From the NCBI GenBank assembly GCA_002633005.1, contig NMRA01000041.1, positions 1 to 64,000 on the forward strand: a stretch of DNA of 64,000 nucleotides, given 5' to 3'. The DNA comes from Phoronis australis. Taxonomy: Eukaryota; Animalia; Phoronida. The notes below the pieces were generated by a model, which saw only the letters and a list, made by a program, of their open reading frames with translations, made no database searches and was not told the origin of the DNA. Shown piece after piece: positions 51,945 to 64,000 of this stretch (positions within the stretch are counted from its first letter, which is position 1; each line of letters begins with the position of its first letter). A program made the translations under genes and the position numbers.

Positions 51945-54900
51945 GATTCAAGGTCAAGGTCAAATTAACGTTAAAAGTCATGTGATTAATTTTTTTTTTT
52001 GAAATGGCTCGACACGAAATAATCTGCTTCGTTACTGTTTCAGGTGATAAACAGGAGGCTTTTTATTTCAAATATTGTTGATAACTTATATAAACAAGTA
52101 ATTTTCCTGATATTTAAAACGGTAATTATCATAAGTAATGGACCATGTATATGTTCAATGAAAAATAAGTCTATTGATTTCTCCGGATGAGAAAAACTGT
52201 CAAACTGGCATGAATATTTATTAAGTCAACTCTAACATTTTAATTTTTAAATGCCATTGTGAAAATGTGTTAATTATGAAACACATCGTCGCCATTAAAG
52301 GAAAACAAACATCTCCTTGCTAAATTTTTAGAGAACAATTGCTGAAACTTTTATAGTCATATTTACATGTATTTCATCATAGTTAAATGTAACTTTCTTA
52401 ATTAATGTGTTTTTATATTTTAGTTTGAAGTTGATTGTGACCAGTTAAAGTACCTTAGGTTATTTAAGGTTTTCCAGAAAACGAAATAAACACAGGTTTT
52501 ACTTGTTTTATCACAATAATGTGAAGCCCTTGCTGCACTATACTTTGAAACAGGTGACGGGTGATAAATTGTCTTGAGGAAAACCTGCTATAAACAAATG
52601 TATGTTTTTAAACTTTGCAACCATCTAGTTGTGTTGACATATTGTCTAACAAATGAAGCAGGCACCTGCTCATCCAGACAACAGTACCCAAGCATGTGAC
52701 ATAAGCTCTGAGACTCACACAATGCTGACCTCCAGTTCATTGTTCTTGTAATAATATTTTGAATGAGATTCACTTATTTAGGTATGTACACTTCTGGTTA
52801 ACTATGTAAAAATATGAAATCCTAGGTCGATTTATCTGACTGGAGATAACACTTTTGGTGGACTTAAGCATGTCTGAAGACAGGAGCGTGGATTTCCTAT
52901 TTAAAGCACTACGGTAGCGTTTCACATAAATACAATGCAAGTTGTTTATAAGACCTACGAGTCTAATTTTCCGATAGCCCTATTCCGATAAGTACATGTA
53001 ATACTCCACAATACCTTATTCTAAAGGCCAAGTTGTTTGAGCAATGCCTTACTCCAGATTCGCCAACTGGTAATTGCCCGACATCACATTGTTCTAAAGC
53101 TTTTGCACACTATCCTGAAAGCAGTTGAGATAACATACGCTTTCTGAGCAACATGCCACAACCACGATTAATGGCGAGGTTTTTGAAGACAGCTGGTTAC
53201 CTGAGCTGCAACGATAAGTCTGCGATCGTTACGTCACTATGACGTATTCGTACTGCCTGCTTCAGGAGGCCTCAGTGACTACAGCTGGTAGAGCTGATTC
53301 CTTTCTTCAAGCTTCGCACTTGACTCGAACAAGAAATGCGTATCAGGTGGCTGTGAGGAGACTAGCCACCATGAAGACCGTCTATCCTTCTAGAACAACT
53401 TTCAGAACCATGTGATCCGTTTTTGTGGTGTAATTTTAGCCAAGGGAAACCCTTTCCTTGACCAGCGCGATAAATGTATGATGGTAGATTCCTAGATATC
53501 GTTACAAAGCTTCAGACTATAAAAGTGACAAGTCTTCAGACTATAAAAGTGACTAGAAGACAACAATATGACAACTACATGTATAAGCAAGCATTCCTAA
53601 TTGAAAAATCCCAACCACCAACGACTCATATCAAAAGAAACGAGTTTGTTGTTTTAAAAACAGGTAACGGAAAGACCAAAAGATTGTCTCAGTGGGCACA
53701 TTCAAACTTTCACAACTGCTGTTGAGTTGACATTGTGTTTGATGGTACACTGACGACATCTTTTATGACACCGCAAGATCTGCTAGTTGTTCATGTGATC
53801 TTACCAAAGTTTCACCCTGAACGCGATTGCCTCTAAATTTCCAGAATTTCCTGCAAAACTGGACGAATAAAGAGGAATTGTTCATGTTGCTAGCAGAAAA
53901 TATCTCGGCAATCGCCTGTCCTCCACATCCAGTATGTTCTTTCCTCTGGTTCCGACATGCCACCGTGCGATCATGAAGAGGCGGACTCCCTTATGTGCAT
54001 GTACATTGCGGACACTTTAGTCAAAGATAAACAGAAAATACTGGTTACTAGTATGGATACTCATGTTGTGCTTAGTTTTCGTGGTGATTTTGATCAGCTT
54101 TCTAAAAACCTGAAAAGGCTTTGCAGCTAGCAATTCAATTATTGGTAGCGGTGAAAGCTGAAAAGAACGCGCTAAAAATGTTTGGTCAATAGTGTCTTTG
54201 ACGAGCTTGGGTACGATTTGTGTGTACATGTAACTCTACCAGTGTTCCATGCCTAAACAGGGTCGGACATAACGTCCCAGCTCAATGGAAAAAGAAAGAA
54301 AACAACATGAGAGACGTGGAAAGCTTACCCTGCTGGAACTCAGGCATTCTAGTATTCTGCAACTAATTCCGTACTGCAACTCATCATCTACATGTCTCCA
54401 TGATCGTAAAGCCAAAACTAGCCAATTCAATAGTTTACGAAGAGATCTTAACCCAGAAAAGTCCAGCTTATGCCAAATCTACTGCATATCTGGTTTGCTA
54501 TGATAAAGCATGTTAAAAATGTTTGTTTCAAGCTGGCAATCTGATGCCAATGCACGGGAAACCAACTCCAGAGGAGTTTGGATAGCAGAGAGACACGGAC
54601 CAAAAATAGAACCATTTTTGACAGACATTGCTGAAGTCCCCAAAACTTGTCAACAGCTCATTAAGTGTGGTTGTAAGAGCTTACCGCTATGCGGCAAGAG
54701 ATGCCGATGTGAAAGCATTTCCTTAGCATGCTCAGTACTTTGCGAATGTCAGGAAACATGTCAGTAACATGGTTTGTTATGGACCAAAGGAACGGACGGT
54801 AGTGTTAATAGAATTCTGTGACCTGCACTGACAATTTGACATTATTCCGTTTCATTGTGTTGATATTATAAGCAGCTGACAATCGGTATACAACATTGTG

Positions 54901-55320
54901 AATATATAGACAGGAGCTAGTCGAAGAAGCATATGGAAAGTTATAAAAGCTGGCCTCTGAGTTTTTGGAAGTCCGCAAAGTTCTATACACATAATTGGCT
55001 TATTTATCATAACGTCAACGTTCAAATTAATGAAAACCTATTTTTGTATTATCAGTTTTGCGTCAGATAAAACAAATGCATTTGTGAAAATTAAAGTTGG
55101 TTAGTTAAATTTGGGAGGCCATATTGGACTTACGCTAATGAAGCGTCTTAACTTTATGAGGAAATATGTGACCATGTCATTTTGATGGGTTTCTAGTTAA
55201 TAAAGTATCATTACCTAGCCTTAAATTGTGCCATCATCTCTCAAGCAATCATAAATTGTGTTACTTGGCGGTCATATTGTTGTTCGAGATTTGACGTTTA
55301 CGTTGACCTTGACCTTGACC
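51945..55320 (+). mobile_element. Decayed AcademX-like DNA transposon in intron 1 of gene A
   Basis: Remnants EFVVLKT, VDIVFD, NFLQNWTNKEELF, CDHEEADS, MDTHVV (XPG-like nuclease) and terminal LIKCGCK..CGKRCRC..LACSVLCECQETC (Cys8); inverted CAAGGTCAAGGTCAA (about 51949) / TTGACCTTGACCTTG (about 55303). Confidence 0.7.
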
Positions 55321-56657
55321 ACGCAATTCGGCCAATTGCATAAAACAGCTTGTTACATTTTGGGAGAGGCCTAGCATCGTAAAATGCAACAATGAAGTAA
55401 AATGTAATAGTTGTTACATTTTACACAATTGTTACATTTTACGGTCTATCAAAGCATGGTTCGAAAATTTGGCATAGAGAAACGCTCAGTAATCCAGAAG
55501 GAGAACTTTGTGGACCGCAATACATCCAAATTTGGGTCCCGTTTTTTGCAAGTGACCGTCATGGCATATCATTTCTGGTATTGGGCCTACGAAGTTTGTA
55601 TCATCTAAGGGAAATGGAGCTGCCAAGAGTCGTCGTCGTGTAATTGGATTTCCCTTCTGCCGGGCTTAGCTGCGTAAAGGCGCTACCGAAAAAATGGCCT
55701 ACACTTGCGAAATATGATCACAAGGTACACTGTTTTAGAAATTCGAACCACCCTGCGAGAAATGCTGGCTACGGGCATGCGATGTACATGTAGAACACGT
55801 TTTTAACCCTTATTAAAGGTTTAGAACATGTTATAACGAAGCCATCCTCATTTGTCATCCTCTGGAGCCGAGTGATCACCATTTTAGTTTTACCACTAAG
55901 TCGGAAGCGAGATTCTTTAATGAACGATTGACTAACAAGGCCGACTATTCGACTGGGCTAAGCGTGCTTTACTGGGACTAATAAATTCTGGTAAACGGTG
56001 TAAACATAACAATGAACGTGCAATGTCAAAATTATTTAGTACAATTGCTATACAGTTAGAATATTCTGATTATTAAACTTGCGAAAATATTGAAAACAAA
56101 TTTAGACAGGAAAAATTACGATATTGGTGGTCTCTGGCGACTTTGTGGGGCAGCTGACGGCCTACAATGACCATATGTTTTAATTGTTTTTCTCTTAACA
56201 TGGACGTATTCTTTTTAATTTCTTTGATTCTAATTTTTTGTTACTTTAATTTGTGTATTCTCACTGCTCTACGTGTAATGTAATCTAAAGAACAAATCAA
56301 AAATATCAAGAAATTAACTTTAGATGACAACAAAATCTATGAAGACCGTGTGTATAGTATGTATTTATTATTTTTACAAAAACATAGAGGCATCGCAGAA
56401 TACAATACAAAATAATAAACTTCATATGCAACACATCCCCGGGCTCTTGGGCTTACAAGTCAACTGCGTACCAATAAACACTCAAACGGTTACACACAAT
56501 ATAGGCAAATCCTGTGACAATACACGGCCCTAATCAAAAACCTCGCAAGAGCTTCCGGATAATTTAGAAACAGGTTTAGGTAGGAGCATTCACTTAGAAA
56601 AGCTGTTCTTAAACTATTACATATTGATGTATAGTTGTGTGCAACAAGTCAGCTTAC

Positions 56658-56709
56658 CTGAATGTATTAACAGAAACGTAAAAATGAAAACTGGGGGCAG
56701 ACGATACAT
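56658..56709 (-). CDS. Gene A: first coding exon, signal peptide
   Basis: ATG at 56709; MYRLPPVFIFTFLLIHS then CAG|gtaagc phase-1 donor; paralog of 13447-13507. Confidence 0.82.
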
Positions 56710-59700
56710 CCTAAGACTTCTTCGGTGGGGTGATTGTAGACAAAATGTGAATGTGTGCATTTGGCCAGTCCATTTTTAATAAGGCAACGAAACATTAAAA
56801 TCTATCCTCTCGTTCCGTTGTTGCAGAGAACTCAAACACGTATTGCTCTCTGAGTGGATTCACGATTGATATCCCCATCAAATTTATCATTCTTGCATTT
56901 TTGAGTTGGTTCCCTGTTATCGTGTCGTTGGTAAAGGTGTGATAAAACTTGAGGGGCTCAGTTTGCAAAGTTTTCGTTTGTATGTTATTAAAGTAAATGC
57001 AAACAGACATATTTCTAATTTTAATGGTCAGATTAGATTAGATTAGAAATAGCGAATTTATAAAACTGGAGAATAAGAAAAGTTGATCATGAAGATTGTT
57101 ATACTTTATACAGTCTATAAAATGTTTTGTTATTTTCCTTTCTATAAACTATCATGTTTAAATAGTCGATAACCTACAGTTGCTGAAACAACAGATTGGA
57201 ATTCCCTCGCCAATTCCACGAAGTTACATGATTTACAGCAGCAACTGCTTAAACATCTGGTATTCACATGGTGAACTCAAGATATTAATATCTCCAAACT
57301 AGCACTTGCGTAGTTATATGGCTTATTCTGGAAAATCTACATGTACTTATCTAAGATAAAACTTTTCACACATTTTTAAGCCAAATACTCTTCGATTAGG
57401 CAATATTTTCGATCTCCATGATCGCATCAACAAATACTGAAATACGGCAAATACCTGACGGAGTTATTAAAGAAGTAGCCTTAAAGCATTCAACTGGCCG
57501 GATCTATGACTATCTTCGTACTAGCTAGGTAATTATGCACATAGGGCCGTATGGACAAATACACAGGCGTAAATCTGTTCTGTGTGAACACCGTCGTTTA
57601 TTAATTCCCATTAACGAAAACATATATAAACTGGCTTCATGAAATTTTTCTTATCGTACAACTCTCTTGTAAGGTAGATGGAGAAACCTAGACTCTTGCC
57701 GCAAAAGTGATCTCACTTAAAAATAAGTAAGCGTCCTCTAGACTAGATTTTAGTAGGGATTATCCAATTCCAATTTCTTTTGTTTCGCGATCCTTCACAA
57801 AAATTAATTCAAGCAATTTAGCTACGTAGACTGGCCGTCCCAAAAAGCTCAGAGTGTTCAATGCACCAGGCATGTAGTTGCCCATAAATTACTTTGCTAC
57901 ATCTTTATATGTGTAGTTCACAAGAGGAAACTTGTCAAATAGGATCAGAAACAAGTTGCGAACTTTTATTTGATTTTTTTTAATTTCAGAAACAAAAAAC
58001 AAGATAGCTCACAAATTCAGGTTGCACATATTTGCGATTGACTTTCTCGCTGTTTTGAAAGAAGGACGAGAGGAACAAACGGTTCAGACTGCTTTTAATA
58101 TTTAATTTACAATACAATTTCTGGCTTTTAATAAGGTTATTGTGTTGGCTTTTAGAACCGATCTTATGCTCCCAGTTCATCAAGGGTTTAGCCACTTACA
58201 TGTACTTATGAGTGCACGTCATTCTAGACACAAGAAGTGAAAGCATCTTCAAAAGCACTTTCAGAAACTTATCGGCGTTGTGGCTCTGCGACCAAGTCCG
58301 ATTGAAGTCGCCAGCCAGCCAAGAATGTCTCTCTCCGATGCCAAATGACGTAGTACGGAGGTCGCAAGGTATTGTTTAATTGCGACATCAATTCAAAGGG
58401 AGTAAGCTACCGTTGTTTCAATTTGTTGCGTCTTTGCTGAATATAACAATACAGGTCGCATGGATATCGTACTTTAACTGGGAGCACATCAGTCGGTTAC
58501 AGATCAATGCATACCATTGCCTTAATCATGAGAAAAAAAACAAAGCGAACAATGGATACGCCTATCTACCGATCTCTATGCGACAACTGAATGACAAACT
58601 AGCGGTTTGTTGCAAGTTCAAAATCTGTTGAATGGCTTTGAACTCTTCATTTTGTTTTATGGAATGCTGTCAACAATAATTATAAAGGTGCATGTTAAAC
58701 ACCTTGTGGCTTAATTATTGCGAACCTCGTCAGAAAACAAGGACACATAGCGACCTGCATATTGAACACAATATCCCTCGGGTCTTATACGAATTCCAGA
58801 AGTAATGGTCAACGAGCACTATTTTAGTAAACAGCAGTAGATCGCCGAGAGAGACCTGGATCACAACTTTATGGTCGGACAGCGGCCAGTAACAAGTGCT
58901 CAGAAATATTGGCCGGACGAATCATAAATACTCTGGCCAAACCGCTAAATCCAATGTTCAGGTCCTTGTATTCTAAATACAACAGCGAGAAATATGTGGT
59001 TGCATCTCCGATAACCTGCCGCCTGGCGGTCACTGCAAACACTAGCAGCGTACGTGTAACCCGCCTACTGGGTGACAGCCTTAAAGACAAGATTTCTAAA
59101 AATTTAATCTTGACATGTTAATAAGTGTTAACCGTGTTTACAGGTGTGTATAACAGTGTATTAGCTGCCGGGCTGTAGATTCTAAATCATTAGGGCGATT
59201 GTTGACTGTACGGGGTGGTCTTGGGCCAGAATTCAAGGCTGCTCTTGATTCAAGTGAGTCTGCTCTGGCCATCATGTATCTCATGATGCAGCCACTATAG
59301 ATGGATAAATGATACAAATATTATTTATCCGCTTGATCGCAAAAGGCAACTAAATGCATGAGGATCATTAATGGAAAAAGGAAATAGAAATGATGAACAG
59401 TATTTTTCAGGTCTTTCCCAAATCTTTTTTGTGTGATGCAACTGTAAGGGCAGAACACGCTAAAACGTTTTGCTGAAAAATTCCTGTTTTAGAAGGCTGA
59501 AACGAGAGCAATGTGCCTATACATATTCATCCAAGGACAGAATTTCAATCCGAACAGTATGTAGTAATGTCAAAACAAAGTTAACCAATACAACTCAAAC
59601 AATTGAGTAGTTGTTATTATGTCAGTGTCATTCAATAATCGCTTGTAGATGGGTATTTCGGAGAAATTGTCGTTGACAACAATATCCTTACCGCATGGAA

Positions 59701-59826
59701 ACCCAAATTGTAGTGTTCACAAACTTATTTCTTTTTGTCCACCTCTTTTTGCCTGATTTCGCTTTTATTTTTGCCCAGCGTGATTTTAATTCAGTTTCAT
59801 GTATGTAGCGCTCCCACGGTCGATTT

Positions 59827-59839
59827 GTATGTATATGTA

Positions 59840-59921
<82 letters not shown>

Positions 59922-60003
59922 GATGTATGTATGTATGTATGTATGTATGTATGTATGTGTGTATGTATGTATGTATGTACGTATGTATGTATGTATACAT
60001 ATA
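59827..60003. repeat. Compound microsatellite (GT)n plus (ATGT)n
   Basis: Directly visible; produces the spurious HT/CV ORFs. Confidence 0.97.
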
Positions 60004-60110
60004 CAAACATATTTCGGTAGGAGCCCTTCGTTAATACAAACTTTGTTGAAAACACGACTAAACATTTTGTTTGGAAATTTAAGATAGAGTCGCTCGTAGT
60101 GTTGAAAAAA
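60004..60110 (-). mobile_element. Penelope-like element N-terminal fragment abutting the microsatellite
   Basis: Reads SRVFNKVCINEGLLPKY, similar to the FN..C..E.LLPKY motif I recall from the start of many Penelope-like ORFs. Confidence 0.55.
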
Positions 60111-60869
60111 TCTCCTTTTTCGGGTGCGCAGCTATGCAGCAAAACACCGAGTGACACAACAAACGAACATATGAAAACATTCGGAGGAGCGACACTGCGA
60201 AATTGACTGTAAAACAGGGCAATGGAGATGACGATGACGACGATCATGATGATGGTGTCGCTGATGAAGATCATGATAACAATCATGTGACGAATGAAGA
60301 TGTCAGAAATGAGTACGAAATAAACTCTTGTTCAATCAAAGGCAAACCAACAAAAGTGCAGTAAAAATCAATAAACAAAGAAACAGCGTCATCAGAAAAT
60401 GCCATATAATTCAAAAACGAGACGTCGTAAGGAAAAATGAAAAAAAAAAATTGTGAAAGCCTGTTCGAAACTCTATCCAAAATATTATTTTCACAAAATT
60501 CCAGAAAATTTTCGGTAATTTTCAAATTTTGCATTTTTGAAATTGGAAGCCAAATAACTCAAAAACGGTAAGTTTTCAAAAAATGTCTATAATTCATTTG
60601 AAAGAGTATATCTTAGAGAATCCTCACGCAAAAAATGTCATTTCTTCTTCCTGTTCAAAGTGCTAGCCGAGCAAAATTCAAATTTAATGAATTTATGTCA
60701 GATCCACCATTTTGAAAACAACTTCCGTAAAACATTACTCGATGATAGCTAGCTGCAGGAAACTAAAATATGAAAAATTTCGAAGCAATTAGTTCTACAA
60801 TGCGCCGTCTACAAGACAAAATGTTTTAGTCCAGAAATCGAGGTGCCCAAACGCAATGGCGGATATTTC

Positions 60870-60996
60870 CCTGGGGCGGATCCAGGATTTTGAGTTGGGG
60901 GGACAGGACAGAGTATTAGCCAATATTTTGCCGCCAGACATTGACACTCCGGAACTGCTCAATGGAATCTGGGAGAATTTTCTAAATCCGCCACTG
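60870..60996 (-). mobile_element. Short MITE, same family as 18235-18397
   Basis: GGGGCGGATCCAGG...CTAAATCCGCCACTG termini and shared internal block. Confidence 0.7.
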
Positions 60997-61499
60997 TTTC
61001 CGCCACCTTGGAAAGGAAGAAATGACTTATGGCACATCTGTATCACACGTCTGCTACCGTGACAATACCGAGTTTGAGCCGTGTATGCAAAAATTGCGAA
61101 CTCTAGGAGCGTTTGAAACAAAATGGTCGCCATGTCCGCCTTCTTGAATCCGATCATGACAAAAAAACAATACGGTTCCAACTCGTCTAGTTGTTGTGTG
61201 TGTATTTCCTGGAAGACGGACGAAAAATGCGACCTGTAGAATGCAAACAAACACAAATGTGGATGGAAAAGCTAAAGAAACAAACTTAGTGTCAGAGAAA
61301 CATACATGGCGAAATTCTATCGAATTTTGCCAAGGACTTAAAACACTAGCTGTATTTCGTGACAGCATGTATCTTCATCAGTCAATAGTAGTGGTAGCAG
61401 CAGCAGCAGTAGTAGTAATACACTCGCGTTAAGACAAAAATAAATAATTAAAGCCTATGGAGTCTCCGTGAAGGATCCAAAGGTAAACAACATTACATT

Positions 61500-62760
61500 T
61501 GGCCACTAGTGGTAATCTTTCGCGACTGGGGTTGTTTTTCATTAAAAGGTGGCGTTGACTTTAGATTCAGATAATTAATAATTACATTCAATCTATCACG
61601 TGGTTTAACCACCTTAACGTTATTCCTTGAATCTTCTTAAGCACATGTTCGTAACTCAGATAAGTAATAGACATACAGTTCTTGTAATACACGTTCTTAG
61701 AGGTACTAGTACTAGGTTCAGTGTCACCATGAGAGTTAATCCTAGATATGAAGGACCTGACATGGTTGTCAACAAAAGAATTAGTATAATCATCGTTAAC
61801 TAGAACTTATTTTACGCGCTGAACTTCAACGTTGAATGCTAGTCAATCAGAGGATATCTGGTGCGCCCTCTTGAGGTACGTCAACATCGCTAGTTTATAG
61901 CGTTCATGGCAGGTATTATTAGCATGTAAGCAGGCACCAATATATGTAGGATTATGATAGCCTGACGTACGAAACTCATCATCAGAATAATGTACAAGTA
62001 CATCAAGAAATGCAACTTTTCGCACACAACCAATTCATATGTGAGCTTTAATATAGATTTGGATTCAAGCAAGGTCTGAAGAGACTAAAATTCGTCGTGC
62101 TAATAATATACAAAGATATCATCGACATACCGGACATAGATGGAAATTCTACCGATATGCTGAGCGACTCGTATTTAAACTTCTGACATGAAAAATTCTG
62201 AAAACCTTGGGCCTAATAGGAAAACCATACTGACGCCGTCTTTTTGTAAAATCAGCTTGAATTTGGTTGTACAGATAGTTAAAAGTGCACGTAACCTAGC
62301 TTGTCAGATATCAGGTGGTTTTAACAATGGGTGATGGTAGACTTTACTAATAATAATGTCAATGGTTTCTGCAACAGGCACATTGGCAAATAATGGCTCA
62401 ACATCAAGTGGCATAGGTTGGCCGTCTGACAGGGCTGTTGAGATGCATGGTACTTTTACATGTACATGTATGTCAATGAACCGTCACTCGACTTGATAGA
62501 ATGTCTGCTTTGAATATACGGCTTGATAATTTGATAAAGGTGCTTGAAAATTTTGTGACATGGCGTGAGAAGTTGTGAGATTGCAGGTCTGAGTCTTGAG
62601 ATTCCCATTGATATACCCTTCGGAAGTCACCTTCAATTACATTAAATATGTGACGATCATCTTGCGTGTTAACGTCTCTGATGTGGTTGATCAGCTCGCA
62701 TTTTAAGTCTAAAATGGGTGTGCGACTAATAGACTGGAACTTGACCAAGTTTGTCACAAT
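61500..62760 (-). mobile_element. Penelope-like element reverse transcriptase remnant
   Basis: PLDVEPLFANVPVAETIDII, QKDGVSM..LGPRFSEFFM, IYVRYVDDIFV, AFLDVLV..FRTSGYHNPT; boundaries approximate. Confidence 0.85.
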
Positions 62761-63396
62761 AATTGGCTTTATTCATTACCACAGGTTGTGCGGAATTGTC
62801 TGCTTGGCGGATGACAATGGCATAGTTGTTCTTCAGACTGTTGGAAGCGAGAACTAGACGACGCGATAGCGTGTGATGACGTTGCCTCTCGGCCTGCTGT
62901 CCTTTGTGCTTTCAGATTTGAGTTGACGAAGTCATCTTAACTTAGGGTTAACTTCAACGAAGCCATCTTAACTTAGAGTTAATTTGAACGAAGAACACAC
63001 GTATATTTTGGTAGCAGACCTTCTTTCATACATGTTTCATTGAAAAGTAAGGTGTCCTTCAGTTGGCCTTAGATAGTTTGCTCAACAAACTTTCGTATTG
63101 TCTACATAAATGTCTTTCATCAGAAGGCCATTGAAATAATACATAACCGAGTGTGCGTGGCATCACAAACACAAATGCATGAGCATATATAAAATAACCC
63201 ACCGTACAAAAATTTCATAGTAAAACAGTTGATGAACTTCGACTAGACTTCCTCCAGGCAAATAAATTATAAACGCTATCGGGAATGATACATGAAACAA
63301 GAACAGTGACTTTAAACACGAATATACGGTAGTATATACAATAGTGCAATTTCAGAAGGACAGCAATACGTCATGAGGTGTTAAAGACCTCTTTGA

Positions 63397-64000
63397 CTAA
63401 GTTCTTAAAACATAACGAATCTCCCTTATTTTTTCGTTGTAGTTTAAATGAATCACATTTGATAAATTGACATGGAATTTAATCCCAAGAATAGTTATTG
63501 AATCCGTGCACCAAGAAAGTTTTTTGTCTTCACACAAACGTCTGTTGTCGACTCTTATGGATCCAATCCAGATGCAATGGGTTTTGTCTAGATTCGGTTT
63601 TAAACCTGGGTATTTATGAAACTGGTGTAAAAGACCGAGAGAATTTCTCAACGATTCATTGGAACCATCCAGGTGAAGAACTGTGTCGTTTTCATATTGA
63701 ATAATTTTCAATTCTAGCTGACCAACATTCAATCCCTTTATATTATAGCCACAATTTCGGCACATAAGATAAATAAATACGAAGAAAGAGGGTTCTCCTT
63801 GGCGGCAACCGCGGCCAATCTCGAAATCATTCGAAGTGTCACCATGCTCAATAACGCATAATTTAGCTCCACTGTGTAAAAGATGAACCCATTTGATGAA
63901 CCCTGAACCCAAATTGAAGAAGCCCAAAGTATAATGTATAAATTTCCAAGAAACAGAGTCGAATGCTTTTTCAAAACCGACTCTAACAAGGAGTCCCGGA
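63397..64000 (-). mobile_element. L1/Tx1-type LINE RT fragment continuing past the window edge
   Basis: FIKWVHLLH, IGRGCRQGEP, IIQYENDTVL (decayed YADD), GLKPNLDKT..IWIGS; related to the 19.5-23.8 kb LINE. Confidence 0.88.

Noticed and set aside
59688-60286. Several ORFs rich in HT, CV and YI
   Set aside because: Translations of the microsatellite
62925-62995. Two 31-bp tandem units (CGAAG.CATCTTAACTTAG.GTTAA)
   Set aside because: Only two copies; probably a subterminal repeat of an unidentified element

Overview
AT-rich, intron-containing eukaryotic DNA, most likely from a marine invertebrate (inferred from gene and transposon content only), with single-N joins at 1182, 2069, 4091, 4598 and 20343. 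The main content is a tandem pair of minus-strand paralogous genes, assembled here by reading splice sites by eye. Gene A (about 56709 to 28471) reads: signal peptide, four VWA domains separated by Thr-rich spacers, two C-type lectin domains, a mucin stalk, a transmembrane helix, and two candidate cytoplasmic tails, one ending in a PDZ-type motif (-VTEL*). Almost all extracellular exons are symmetric (phase 1-1), and several are damaged. Gene B (13507 to at least 6895) has the same signal exon and upstream region, one VWA exon and one spacer exon before a BEL/Pao remnant; a third, ATG-less copy of exon 1 plus promoter lies at about 16.8-17.5 kb. The rest is decayed transposons: BEL/Pao pol, three L1/Tx1-type LINE pieces (one split by a 751-bp solo LTR), a THAP+YqaJ (ISL2EU-like) relic, a second THAP relic, an AcademX-like relic, Penelope-like pieces and several MITEs. 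The octamer TACATGTA occurs at least 25 times, and paralog alignments show it arises as a 6-bp insertion at TA, as expected for transposon excision footprints. All calls are from manual reading; no database searches were run.
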